The position numbers and the translations under genes are program-made. A stretch of DNA of 62,249 nt, the filler included, from Sluysia triapertura (lineage: Eukaryota), in NCBI GenBank assembly GCA_046118255.1. It is 5 parts of 5 records of this genome, joined end to end, with 100 filler letters (N's around TTAATTAATTAA, not from the genome) between each part and the next. Parts side by side here need not be neighbours in the genome. Positions count along the whole stretch, not along the records: positions 11,565 to 26,874 come from JBJNIA010231676.1; 4 more parts are not named here. One strand, 5' to 3'. The notes below the pieces were generated by a model, which ran no database searches, was not told the DNA's origin, and saw only the letters and a list, made by a program, of their open reading frames with translations. The stretch's first letter is position 1, and each line of letters starts with the position of its first letter. Shown piece after piece: positions 12,347 through 24,763 of the stretch.

Positions 12347-13445
12347 CAATAAATCAGCAATTTGATACAAATGTCCGTGGACGTTGAACTATCGAAATAA
12401 ACCACAAATCAAAAATCGGTTAAAAAGAAATCTGCAATAATAAAATTGTCTGCGAATGTCGAACTGTCGAATTAAAACAAATCAATGTTTTAATCGATCA
12501 AACCGAATTTTCCAAAAGAATATAACAAATTAAACAGATGATTCAACTATAGAAATTAAGATTTTGAAAATCTCTGTAATAATTTTGGAACAAACTATTA
12601 TTTTTGTCACCAAGAATTATTATTTTTTTATTTGTTTATTTAAAAGATAAAATTATTGGAATTTTTATGAACTAATAAAATAAATAAAATTAATAATAAC
12701 ATTTTCCCAAAATTTGTTTATGTCATAAGAAAAATGACTAGTGACATCTGTTTATGTGATAAAACTAACCATTTGGTTATCGTTCATATTCAAATGACAA
12801 TTTTTTTAAAAAACAATGTTGTTTATTTACCAGAATTGGATTTTGGAATATTAATTTTAATTGATAACTATTTAGTTTAGTAATAGATCTCCAAATTTTA
12901 AAATCAAAATTGATATAAATTTATTTTTGGTCATTTTAAATAGGCACTTAAAATTCTATTTAAAATATTAAAAATATTTCAATTAAGGTTTAAAAAACTT
13001 TAATGTTGTATATTATTATACCTTTCCAATTAACTGAATTTTTATTTATTTATTTATTTTCTTAGCGATTTGCGTGTACCATTTATTATTAACTCCACCC
13101 TAAATTTTATTTATCACCGGCTTCTAAAGGACTACTTTATCAAGTCCATAAATTAGAAGAATTTTAAGTTATAATATAGTATACAATGCGATGTATTGTT
13201 TGTTTTTCAAGGATTATTTTAAAGATATCATTAAAATTTGATTTTCAAGTCCTATTTTAAATAAGTACACAAAATATATTTAGAAATTAAACATTTGAAT
13301 TGTAGCAAATGTGTGATAATTAGTGAAAGAATTTTAATTTTATTTCATGCTACTATATTACTAAATTAAAGTAAGTAAGAGACCTTTCATATTTTATTAT
13401 TTGATTTAAATATTGAAATGAAATTGTGGTGGTCAGAACTCCAAA

Positions 13446-13544
13446 ATAATTTTATCATACATCAATAAACATAATTTTATCATACATCAATAAACATAAT
13501 TTTATCATACATCAATAAACATAATTTTATCATACATCAATAAC
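13446..13544. repeat. 25-bp minisatellite, 4 copies
   Basis: ATAATTTTATCATACATCAATAAAC head-to-tail, essentially identical, no spacers. Confidence 0.95.
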
Positions 13545-14751
13545 CAAAAAACCAATAATACATATGCATCTTATGGTTCAAAATAACAACAACATATTAT
13601 GTAATTAGATACTCGAATATACACCCTCAAGAACCTAATTCAAAACTTAGTAAACCATTTCCTTTTAGTATATAAAGCTGCCGCTTTTTGACTAATTCAT
13701 TCATTCAGCAGCTTTCCATGGAAGTAAGTTGTCTTGTGGATAAGATTTAGCTTACCGTAAAATGTAATTTCTTTATCTTTCTATTTTCTTTTCTTTTTCC
13801 TTTGTTTTCTATTATTCTTAGTATCTTATCTTATAGGTTTCCATAATATTTCATTTTACATAAATTTCATGTCTGTTTGCATATACACACAAATATATAG
13901 TCCATTATATTGCAATAGCTTAACATAAATATTTTATTCTAGGATATTCAAGGAAACACAATCAAGAGGATCAACAGCAAAGAAGAGTAGGAACAAGTGA
14001 AAATCCTAAAGGAGATTATGAAGGCATGCTAGAGCCCTAAGGCCACTGACCTAGTACTAAGAAACTTTCCCCCTGTCCCTCTGTCCCTCTTTGTGAAAAA
14101 GTAGAGCGTTTTAGGAAACGCACAATAATATATAGGCAAACAATTCAATACTGTTGGTGGGAAAGCAATAACGGCATTCGCAGGATTCCACGGAAAACAA
14201 TGACCATGGAGGTCCAAAAGAATACAACAATTTCTATGTTAGCGCTGATGATACAACGGAAGAAATATACGACAAATAGAAGCGAACTAAATTATAAAGG
14301 CCGGTAATTGGTTGGTCCAGTAAAGGAATCCTTTTTATAGTGGATAAGGCCTTTTTATGAGGAACATGAAGTCATCCCAAGAAAAACTTAGACGTTCTAG
14401 TTAAAAATTACTTTCATTTAGTGTTTTAATTTTTCTCTCTTTTTTTATAATTTACTTTAGTGTTTGTGGTTATATTTTATTTAGTTAACGAATTTAACTA
14501 AAAAAATATTTGATCATAAAGCTAATAATGCTGAATCTAATGTAAGCACAAATGTGCATAAAATACAGACGTTAATTTCCACTCACATGGGTGGTTAAAT
14601 GTTTATTTAGGGTTTAAAAATTGATTAAAATCTTAGTTGATGTAATATGATTTCATCTTAACAATTAGATACTTATATAGGTAAATTTATTAATTTAAAT
14701 TTAATGTTACTAACTATTCAAATTCCAATTTTTTAAAATTTAATTCAGTAT

Positions 14752-15400
14752 TTAATAATAATAATAATAAATTAATTTATATTGCGCTCATATCTACTGC
14801 GTCAGTACTCAAAAGCGCTTAAGATGAATCATTCCCCAAAATATTTCTGAAACAGAAAGAACTTTGCCTTTTTCTTAAATATTTAATAATCTTCCAGTAA
14901 TTTGACATTCTCCGGTAACTGGTTATATATTTTTGAAACATAAACGGTATACAACCTATCACCTAGCTTGCTACCATTGTGGAATGTGTATAGATTATCA
15001 TGCCTCAATGTAATATTCATCTTGGTTTCCACTTTTCGTATTATTTCTAAAAGAAATCCTGTCATGATTTTGAATTCTATTCTTGCGACTAATGTAATTC
15101 TTTAAGATAAGGTGTTACTCGAAATCTTCTTCCAACATGGAGAATTAGTTTTGGTGCTTGATTAATTATTAATTGTAATTTTTTCACTTTTCTATATGAA
15201 ATTAAGTACAACAAACCATTGTTAAAATCTATGGTTATCAATGAATGAACAATAAGATTAGCTGTTTCTTTATTAATAAATTTTCGAATATGTGATATTT
15301 AGACTTTTCAACAATACAATTAATATTTTCTTCCATGTTCATTTTTGAATCCATATAACAACCTATGGATTCTTGAAAATCAAAGTAAAAGTCATAATTT
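14752..15400 (-). mobile_element. 3' end of an L2/CR1-group LINE
   Basis: IGCYMDSKMNMEENINCIVEKS (post-RT LGV.lD.kL...HI pattern), SKIYNQLPENVK...IFKK, then AAGCGCTTTTGAG...GCGCAATATAAAT and a (TTA)n tail. Confidence 0.7.
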
Positions 15401-16694
15401 ATAATCTGCAGTAATAAAAATAGCGACAGTACCAAAATAAATGAAGCAAAGTTAATCGTAGGTGGTAAGACACTAGTGTGTTTACATAGTGTGTTTACAT
15501 AGTGTCTTTATTCCATGCTTTACACATACCTCATTTGACTTAACATTATTCAATAAAACGTATTACCTTCTTTCTTTTAAATATGATTCAAACCATTTTA
15601 TAGCACTAAATGAGAGATTGTTTTCAGCTATATTTTGCTACTTCACATTTAATTTATTGATTAATTTTGTGAAAATTAAATTAACATTTATAAAACGAAG
15701 TTTTTTTATAGAAAATTTCGCTGGATTGTTAATACAATTTTTAAATTTAAAACACACGGTAAATGAGATTTAATGTTCTTAAAGTTAACAAAATGAAGAA
15801 TTTTAGACTTTTCAAATTTTAGCAAAGTTACCCCGAGTATTTTCATATGTTCATAAAGATTAATTTACACTTTACTACGTCATTGTATCCATTCAACACA
15901 ATTGCAACAAATTTTAAGTATACTAATTAAAATCCATAAAATAATTACGTAAACAAAATGTTCATAACAGTTTAATTGATTATTATCTTTAATCAATAAA
16001 TTATCGTTGATAAATGCATAACAATATTACAATATATACATTGATATATTACCAAAGCATGTATCGAAATATTTTATGAGTGCACATAGTAAGTAATCTG
16101 CTTTGTATAATCATTACAAAATTTAAATATCAACCATGAATATTTTTTCTGTTCTGATAAATTATCCTAAAAGCACCTGTTGAGATCAATAATATTCTAA
16201 ATTCGATAGTGTCAAAGAAAAAATACGACTTTTGTATAACGTAACGGTTTCTTGATATCAATTTACGCATGCCCAAGTATATTAAATATTAGTCATACAT
16301 ATCTAGCTCTAATTTAATAGTTCTGTACTTATAGAATATTGTTTGACTCCTTAAATATACATCATTTAAAACCAAAAAATATTACTCACTAATAGCAAGT
16401 GTAAACAATGTAGTAGAATATTTTAATTTTTGTTGGCAAACCAATTTTATCAGCTGATTTTATAACTTTAAGATGTTTAAGTATTGGTTAATACTCTTAC
16501 TCTGAGTTAAGTAATTAAATGATACGCTTTTTAATATTGTTTACTTTAAGCGTTAATTAAGCTTAAATAGTTTTACATATTTTGTAAAATACAATCAATT
16601 TAAATGTTGGCTCATTTTATGATTGGAAACTTAAGCTTAAAATCAATGTTTTGTATTTAAGGATATTAATTTAATAATAATAATAATAAAATAC

Positions 16695-16953
16695 CTGAAA
16701 AGCGTATACCACATGTACTATCCAGAGACTATCTACCTGAGTCATTATTTCTCTTTCCAGCATCCAGTATACAGATCCTTCTTGCATAACCATCTGGGAT
16801 TTGTTCAAAATTTTTAGAGCATATAACACACCACTTTCTCGGTGCCTAACTAATTTTACTTGGCCAAATGCACCTTGACCTATTGTCTTAAGAACGCTAA
16901 AATCGGTATATTTTGGTCGTATCAATGAGAGATTATCGAAATACTTGCCGTAT
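16695..16953 (-). CDS. Rho-associated/MRCK-family (AGC) Ser/Thr kinase, exon 2 (kinase subdomains I-IV)
   Basis: TTCAG acceptor, then YGKYFDNLSLIRPKYTDFSVLKTIGQGAFGQVKLVRHRESGVLYALKILNK...EREIM...WIVHVVYAFQ|GT. Contains the GxGxFG loop, the catalytic Lys and the alphaC Glu. Confidence 0.88.
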
Positions 16954-17983
16954 CTGAATTATGATTATTAATAAATTTAAAATTATCAAAAATTTTGTTT
17001 ATAACATAAATGATTTAGCTATTCCAATTAAATATGCAAACGAAATATGCTTTTAATTTCCAGTAAAATTCATGATGATTTATCCAGTCTGGTACAAGAT
17101 GAAGAATAAACAGGTTATTATTGATCTAAGTCATCTATATACTTATCACTGTTTTATGTATGTTTACAGAAATTGCATATTATTGCATAGTTTCTGAAGA
17201 TTTAATCATTAATTATTTAAAACCATTATTCAGAATGATACATAAAATTTAAATTTGAAAGTGACAAGATAATGTTATTATTTTGATTAATTCAACAGTA
17301 CGAAAATTTTTCATATAACAATTATAAGAAAATTTACACGCACTAACACAAAAATATTAAATTTGTGGAATATTGTTTGTCTTAAAAACTATGCGAATAT
17401 ATATGCGGTAAAATTAATTCATTTCTATTATCGGTTCTTATTTAATTGTTTATACAAATGTAATATCAATTTATAATTTAAATATTATACTGATATAAAT
17501 GCTTATGTACACAAATAATATTAGTTTCCATATCAGTGAAGTAATTGTTAAAATAAAAATCAATATTTACTTATTATAAAATTAATTTTTTAATGACAAA
17601 ACTTAATGAAATGCAAACTATCAATTCAATCTATTTAGTTTTGATTTTAAAAAAATATATATTTTTCATGCTTGTTTTATACAACAAAATATATTACTTG
17701 TCATATATGCGAAACGTAACATTGTATAGGTGCCTTTTCTTTCATTAAAATTAAAATTTATCGGATATTAAATGAAGCTTACATTTAATTGCAAAAAAAT
17801 AAAACTACGATTTCTTACAAATATCATCAATTAATTAAATAACCTTAACAATAATTAACTCCAAACTTAAGTTATAAAATTAATTTATAATTCTATAAAC
17901 AAGAATTTGTAACTTTTTCATAATATAATTAATATCAAATATCAAATAATTTTTATAATTATAATTATCAAAAAGAAACTTAC

Positions 17984-18177
17984 TTTTCATTTAATCTGTT
18001 GAGATATCTATTGGTGTTGCATTGAGAAACACTTTTAACATCTAACAATAAATTTTCAAACGCATCAAAAAATAAATCAAATGTAATTTCATTAGGATTT
18101 GTTTCTTGTAATAAATCTTTCAAAATCTTATTTCTTTTTTCAGAAATTATATCAGTTGATTGATTTACTTGATTCAT
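17984..18177 (-). CDS. Rho-associated/MRCK-family kinase, exon 1 (N-terminal extension)
   Basis: MNQVNQ...EITFDLFFDAFENLLLDV...NRYLNRLNE resembles the ROCK N-terminal capped-helix region. It ends GAA AA|GTAAGT (phase 2), compatible with the next exon. Confidence 0.7.
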
Positions 18178-18570
18178 CACGCATATTATTTTATATTATA
18201 TTAATATTTAAAAAAATCTGAAATTCAATTAACAATAACATTAACGTAAAAAATAACCTTGATTTATGTATAAAAATCTTAATATAATATTAAGATACTA
18301 TTATCATAAAAAATATAAATAAAAAATTGATAAATTTAAGAAAAGTAAATTATTACTTAATGCATAATTTTAATTAGACAAATATTTATAGCAGAATAAA
18401 ATAAAAAATATTTAAAAAAATTGAATTGCAAAATATAAAAGAAACTCAATTTTCATAATTAATTTTGTTATAAATAGCGAATATTTAAACTTTGATTCTC
18501 AAAATATTAATTAGTAATATTAGATATAAACAATAATTATGTAGAATTTTTTTTGATATTAAGTTCTTAG

Positions 18571-18754
18571 TACTAAACGTACCAAGATTTGACGTATACC
18601 TATTCATACCATCACCGGTCATTTGACCGGTACCTATATATGAAATTATATAAAATAAAATATAGTTTAAAATTAAAAGTCATTATAGAATTGCTTTTGC
18701 TTTTTAAGGTAAAAACTGAAAATGGTCTCTTGACCGGTCATGGTACATTTAGTG
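18571..18754. mobile_element. piggyBac-type MITE, ~184 bp
   Basis: TTAG|TACTAAACGTACCA ... TGGTACATTTAGTG|TTAA, with internal inverted ACCGGTCA/TGACCGGT subterminal motifs. Confidence 0.65.
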
Positions 18755-20403
18755 TTAATGTTTTCTTGACAATGAAAATATGTTGACAATTACAGAAAAT
18801 TAAAGCTAATTTGATTATTTCATACTTTCTTGTTTTATATTAAGTAAAATTGTATTTTGATAAGTTTTTCTTTTTTTCAATAATGTAATTGCCAGTAACT
18901 CACAATGTTAAGTTAATAAAATTAAAAAGCGACTTCACATGTTGTATGATGAAAAATTTTACTCTGTCCAAAGTGAATATAATTTCTAATAGAAAAATTT
19001 CACAAATTCAAACCTTTACTTTGAAAACTTTAAAATATATACATCTTGAATGAGAGCTGCCATAATACATCTTTGGAAAATAAATAAGACAAAAATACTT
19101 CTATAATTTCTCCCACATGTTTATATTAATGTTTTTAATATATTTGAAAGTGTTTTATTTCAATTTCAAGAGTTATTTGACTCAGCCTTTTATTTTAATT
19201 CTTTGCAAGTGATAAATTCTCACGAAAAGTATGTAAATAACTCAATTTATTTTGTTTATAACCTAACACTCGGTAAAATGGTTTCTGAGGATAAATTCGC
19301 TTATCTATACTGCACATATTTCTTAGGAAAAGACAAGTCTACAGGATTGTATCTAAAAAATAAATCGAAACCGATTAGGAATATATAATTATGCGCTTAG
19401 TTCTAATATTTCTTACGTAGTCCTTTTTTAATTATTTCCTTTTTATAAATTTTGAAGTTAACAACAATTATGTCCATTACATATTATTATTACATATTAT
19501 TATTATAATAATAAATAATAATTTTCATAAAAATTAAGATTACCCTTAAAATTGATTTCGGTTAATATTGAATTAGGTTAAACTTAAAGAAAATAATTGG
19601 TATATCTTTTGCCACAAAAACAGTTAATGCCATTATAAAAAGATGTAATTTTGGTTATTATTTTTGCCTGCGAGTATGTCACTGCAAATTCTTAATGAAA
19701 GAATACATTGTAAAAATTAGGAAAAATAATTATATATTAAAATTAAAATTAACGTCAGTTTTTAAATTTTTTTATTCCTTTATTTTTAACTAATTAATTC
19801 TTTATCTATTTTAGGAAAGAAGACACTGAAAAGTTATAACACTGAAAACTTTCCTTATTAAGATAAAGACTGACCTTCCTTTTGAAAGATTTTATAAAGG
19901 CTTGCCTTCTTATATATCCGTTGTATTTCTACTTTAAAGATTCCGCCTAGAATATATGATTTATATTGTAAAGAGCACGCAAACTATAAGATTTTGTGTC
20001 CCTATAGAAGATTTCCCTAACAATCTTAATTGCAGTTAATAATATTAAATGAGGGTCGTTTAGTGATTAAATGCCGCGAAGTCTTTAATTACTTTTAAAA
20101 ATGTTATTCTTTTAAGTTGAATTATTGATATTTAGGTTATTTTATTCTCTTCTACTTTTCATGTATTAATTTTATATTTTAAATTAACTATTAATAAACA
20201 CAAAATTAAGAACAAAAATTTATTTATAAAATGAATTTAAAAAATATTTAAAATGCAAAATTAAATACATATATAAATATATAAAAATTTATTAATTTAA
20301 GTATATTTTGACATTAAAAAATTATAGTGCAACCTTATCATAAATAAACTAACGAATTCATCATAGAAATACGGCAAAAGATTTCAACATGTGGTTTAGG
20401 ATC

Positions 20404-20469
20404 TGTTAGACTTCATAAAATGGACTGACTGGGAATCGAACCCGGAACCTCTCGCTGCGCAGTTCGATG
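20404..20469 (-). repeat. tRNA-Ala-like dispersed element, copy 2 (5'-truncated)
   Basis: Reverse complement reads CATCGAACTGCGCAGCGAGAGGTTCCGGGTTCGATTCCCAGTCAGTCCATTTTATGAAGTCTAACA. Confidence 0.85.
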
Positions 20470-20496
20470 AATTTGAATTTAAAACATATACTTCAC

Positions 20497-20535
<39 letters not shown>

Positions 20536-20929
20536 CAAAATTATAGGCATCACAAAAATGTTGTTAGTGTTTGTGAAAATCAACAATGTTCTAAAACGGA
20601 CTCATACTGCTGATGCCACTTCTGCTACATAACACGAGATATAAACTCTGAGGATTATCATCATACAAAAATATATACAAAAATGAATGAAATGGAGTGT
20701 GTTAAGATATAAAAGGTATAACAAACGTAGACGAGAAAGAAAACAAAATTTGTAATTTATTTTTAAAATTACAAAAAAAGAAGGGTATAATTGGAAATGG
20801 AGAATACGTGTAGAAAGTTAAGAGGAAAATTGTTGTCAAATTATAAATAAATAAATTGAGAAACTGTTGAGAGTGTTTTATTATTACAAAGCATGACAAA
20901 GGGTCGACACGAAGAAACTTCCTACGCTA

Positions 20930-22000
20930 AGTGGAACTTATTAGGTTTGATGATAAGTAGAGTAGTAAAAGTTTTCCAAGTCCGTGGCAGTTTTGCAATG
21001 GAAAGGATTTTATTACAAAGGTTTCAAAAAAAATTGTCCCAAGGGATCAACATTCTTAATATGTTCGAGCGTGATTTTATTGGATCCTGGAGCAGAATTC
21101 TTATAAATCTTCAAGGTAGCCATAATCTCTGGTTCCGTGATAGGGTCATGAGTGTAAGTGTCTAAGAAGTATGACATTATACCGAGCCGTGAAGGGTCAA
21201 AGGAGGGAAGAGTGCCACAACTGTAATAGTTACAGATCTCGGACACAGAAGGAGTAATTGGTGAGGAGGCAGTACCAGTGACAAATTGAAACGCTTTAGT
21301 TTGATTCTGATGAAAGATTTTGTCTTGATCCTGCTGAACTTCCTTATTGCCATTTTGTGACTTTTTAAATTGAGAAAGGATGTTGGGAAATTTGGGAAGA
21401 AACAATCTATGCACCAAGTCACAAAATTCTGAAAAGATTTCATCGATAGAAAGTTCATTCTTACATATTTTCTTACAAAGCGATTGAAGAGATGGATGAT
21501 GCCGTTTTGCTTTTCTGTCGGATGGAAGTTTCACAGAGTAGGCAACGACATTATACAGTATTTCCCTAATGGCGTCGATATCGGGTTGAATAAACATTAT
21601 AATTTCAGGATCGCATTTATATTGCAAAGCATTATCACAAATAAAGGGACCTCAATATTTGGCACCAGTTTGTGTTGGGTATGGAATAAGTTTATGAGCG
21701 AACCCTTGCTGACTAGGTTACACTGGCAAAGCAATGTATGCGACCATGACGTTTTTAAATAAGTCACATAATAAGTAGAGGTGACAACAACACATTAAAA
21801 AAAGTTCTCCTTATTGAATATGAGGAGGATCCAATGGTTCTCAATATTCAGAAGTTTTGCCAGCTTTAAATTGACCTTCAGAAGTATCAAGTGTTTGCTT
21901 AAAAGGAGATTCAAATGACTCAAAAACTTATGTAAAATATTTAAATTCATTTCAGACAAACTTTTATCATTAATTACTACCCAATCCCATTCATCTAAAA
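20930..22000 (-). mobile_element. Fragment of a NeSL-like retrotransposon: Ulp1/C48 protease relic plus pre-RT region
   Basis: 21013-21627 aligns with 54277-54966 (FIQPDI..ILYN / FCDLV / KAFQ / SAPGSNKITL..I..VDP.G.F; then WKTFTTLLIIKP). In-frame upstream is PTQTGAKY*GPFIC, and further upstream NHWILLIF. Confidence 0.8.
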
Positions 22001-22402
22001 AGTTAACTAGAGTATCTATAAAAATGAAGATGTAACTGAAAAATAGAATAAGAAATTTTAAAAACAAACGAAAGAATTTAACATTACCAGCACTCGAACT
22101 CGATCAGAGGAAGAAAATTATTCCATTTATAAACTGAAACTATAAAAGATTATTCAAAAGATCATAAAAAACATATGTGACATAGAAAAATTATTTGAAT
22201 CTGATCAAGAAAATCATGATGTTATAAAAATTTGGTAATAATTAAATACACCAGTATATATAATCGATTTTAATAAAAAAATATGTAAATATGTTAAAAG
22301 AAGAATATGTACTTATGTGATTTTTTGATATTAACAATAATTGTATTAGTAGGATGACAACACAATTAATTATAATAAGGATAATAATTTAATACGTAAT
22401 AA

Positions 22403-22501
22403 TGTTAGACTTCATAAAATTGACTGATCAGGAATCGAACCCGGTTCCTCTCGCTGTGTAGTTCGATGCTCTATCTACTGAGTTATCAGCCCCATCTGAC
22501 A
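22403..22501 (-). repeat. tRNA-Ala-like dispersed element, copy 3 (diverged)
   Basis: Full-length TGTCAGATGGGGCTGATAACTCAG...GGTTCGATTCC...ATTTTATGAAGTCTAACA with several stem-breaking substitutions. Confidence 0.85.
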
Positions 22502-23819
22502 ATTATCAGTGGAGTAAAGTAGAGACCGCTTATTAAAATCTAACGATTTTTCACGTTGTGCGAACAATATCGCAAATGTCGTGGGATATTCCTCTGCTTC
22601 AACCTGCATTTTATAAGTTGGTGTTTGATAAGAAACCAATAAGGACGTAAAACTTTGAATCCTGAATTGGAGTGGAATACAGTCTGTCAAAAGAGTGACT
22701 TTTAGCGTTCTTATAGCCGCTGCTATTAAAATAGGGCTACCATGCGCAGGGTATCCCCTTAATGTTTAGAACGAGAGGCGCTTATAAATATCTCAGGTAA
22801 AAAAGATGCGTTATGAAAAAGTCATTAATCTCACATTTTAATATGTTGGGTGTTAAGTTTGACTTAGCAAAAACGCAAGTCATCTCATTATTGCCACAGA
22901 ATCTATCGATACCATTATAAAAAGAAATAATGTGATGTATAATTCGTGCCTGTATTGTTGAGTCATAGTATGAATATAAGAATGATGGTAATACATAAGT
23001 AGGTAAAAAAAATTAAAAAAAAATAAATAATCATTAGTTTTCATTTCATTATTAAATTCATATTATTTATTGCCTATTTATTTTAGGAAGAGAAAATTAC
23101 TTATAATTTTTTTTACAATGCAGTTATCCTTACAACAATCTGAAGTTCAGCGATTTTCAAAATTATTTCCAATATGAAGATAATTACTATTATCGACTTT
23201 GTTGATATGAGAAGTGTTTAGAACTTAAACCTTTTTTAATTTTTTAACGTGAGTCCCCTATAACCTTAGACTTATACACTTAAGGGCTAAAGTTATAGGC
23301 AATATTAAGAAAGGTAGTGGAGGTAATAGAATATTTCGTAACTTTGTGGTATACGTTCAAAAATGAATTGGCGTGACAAGTCAAAAATGTAAAAATTTTA
23401 ATCTTTAAACAAAAATTTACAATCCTTTTACTATTTCAAAATAAAAAGAATTTTTTAATCTTCGGAATTTAAGTCGATTTTACGTCCGTATAAAAACGGC
23501 GTTCCTTAATTCACTTTTACTTGAATTATTTTAATGTAAGATTTTACCTCCGAATAAAATCGGGGACCTTAAATGATTTATCAAATAAAGTTAAAATAAA
23601 AATCAAAATTATATTACAAAAATTAAAAGATATAAAAATTACAATGATGAATTAATAATAATAATAGATAATGATTTTAAAAAATTGATTAATATATAAT
23701 CAAAAATTTTTTGGTTTTCCTCCTTATTAAAAAAGGGGAATAAAACAATTCCTAATAAATTTTACGTACTTTTAAAAAGGTCTAAAGCTTACGAACCAAA
23801 CTAACGTGTTAATATACAG

Positions 23820-23980
23820 ATATATTCAAATGGAAAATTGCTGCCGAATTATATATATATTCAAATGGAAAGTTGCTACCAAATTATACGGAGATTTGTT
23901 ATCAAGTTGTACCAGTGAAGATTGTGTCAATATAGAAGATTGCTGTCGAATTGCACGGAGGTTTGCTGTCGAACTGTAGA
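23820..23980. repeat. Degenerate tandem repeat with TTGCTGYCGAAYT core
   Basis: Core recurs about five times at 24-40 bp spacing. Confidence 0.6.
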
Positions 23981-24712
23981 AGCTTTGCACGATAAAATTT
24001 TTTAAATTATTAGTTTAAGATTTTTAAAAAATTGTGAGAGTCAAGAACTTAATGCTAATTTATATAGTTAAAGTTAGACCTTGAATGTTGAAGGTTTTAT
24101 TTTATCTTTTTATAATATTTAAACAAAAAAAATTAAATTAATTTTAAAATTATTAAATATAATAATTTTCTTACTTGTTAATACCATTACATCCAGATTA
24201 ATTAAATTCAAATCCAATTAAAAATTAATCATTATTCCAAATTAATTATTAATATTAAATATATATTTAATATTAAAGTAACAACTTGCATTTCTATGAG
24301 GACCTTCTTTACGCAGCATATTGACATTTACATATAATCGTGTCTTCCATAGGGATATTAATAACTGGATTACAGGCGAGTTCGTAAGTAAAATTTTTAA
24401 TCACAATTATTGAGTTATTAAGAAATAAACGCAGCATAATTAAATTCTAATAGTGATTTTCGCCGGGTTCCACTTTATTATCTCGTTCAGTTCCTCAAAG
24501 TTAATGGGATTTGTGATGAACAACATAACTCAATCAAAATTTAACATCGTTGCTACACTAATATTAAAATAAGTTATCAACTTAAAATGAACACTAATCA
24601 AATACCAAATTTCTTTTATATCATGCGTCAACCGTACGTAGCATGTCCATTTCAATAACATTGCCAGAAAATATTTAAAAGTAAAGTAATAGAATAAAAT
24701 GAAAGTTTAACG

Positions 24713-24763
24713 TGAGTTCACCAACGTACTGGGCTTACCGATTAGGGACAGCCGTTGGATTTT
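24713..24763 (-). repeat. GC-rich dispersed motif, copy 2
   Basis: Reverse complement reads AAAATCCAACGGCTGTCCCTAATCGGTAAGCCCAGTACGTTGGTGAACTCA. Confidence 0.8.

Noticed and set aside
13446-13544. 25-bp repeats as a CRISPR array
   Set aside because: Head-to-tail with no spacers, no cas genes, eukaryotic context.
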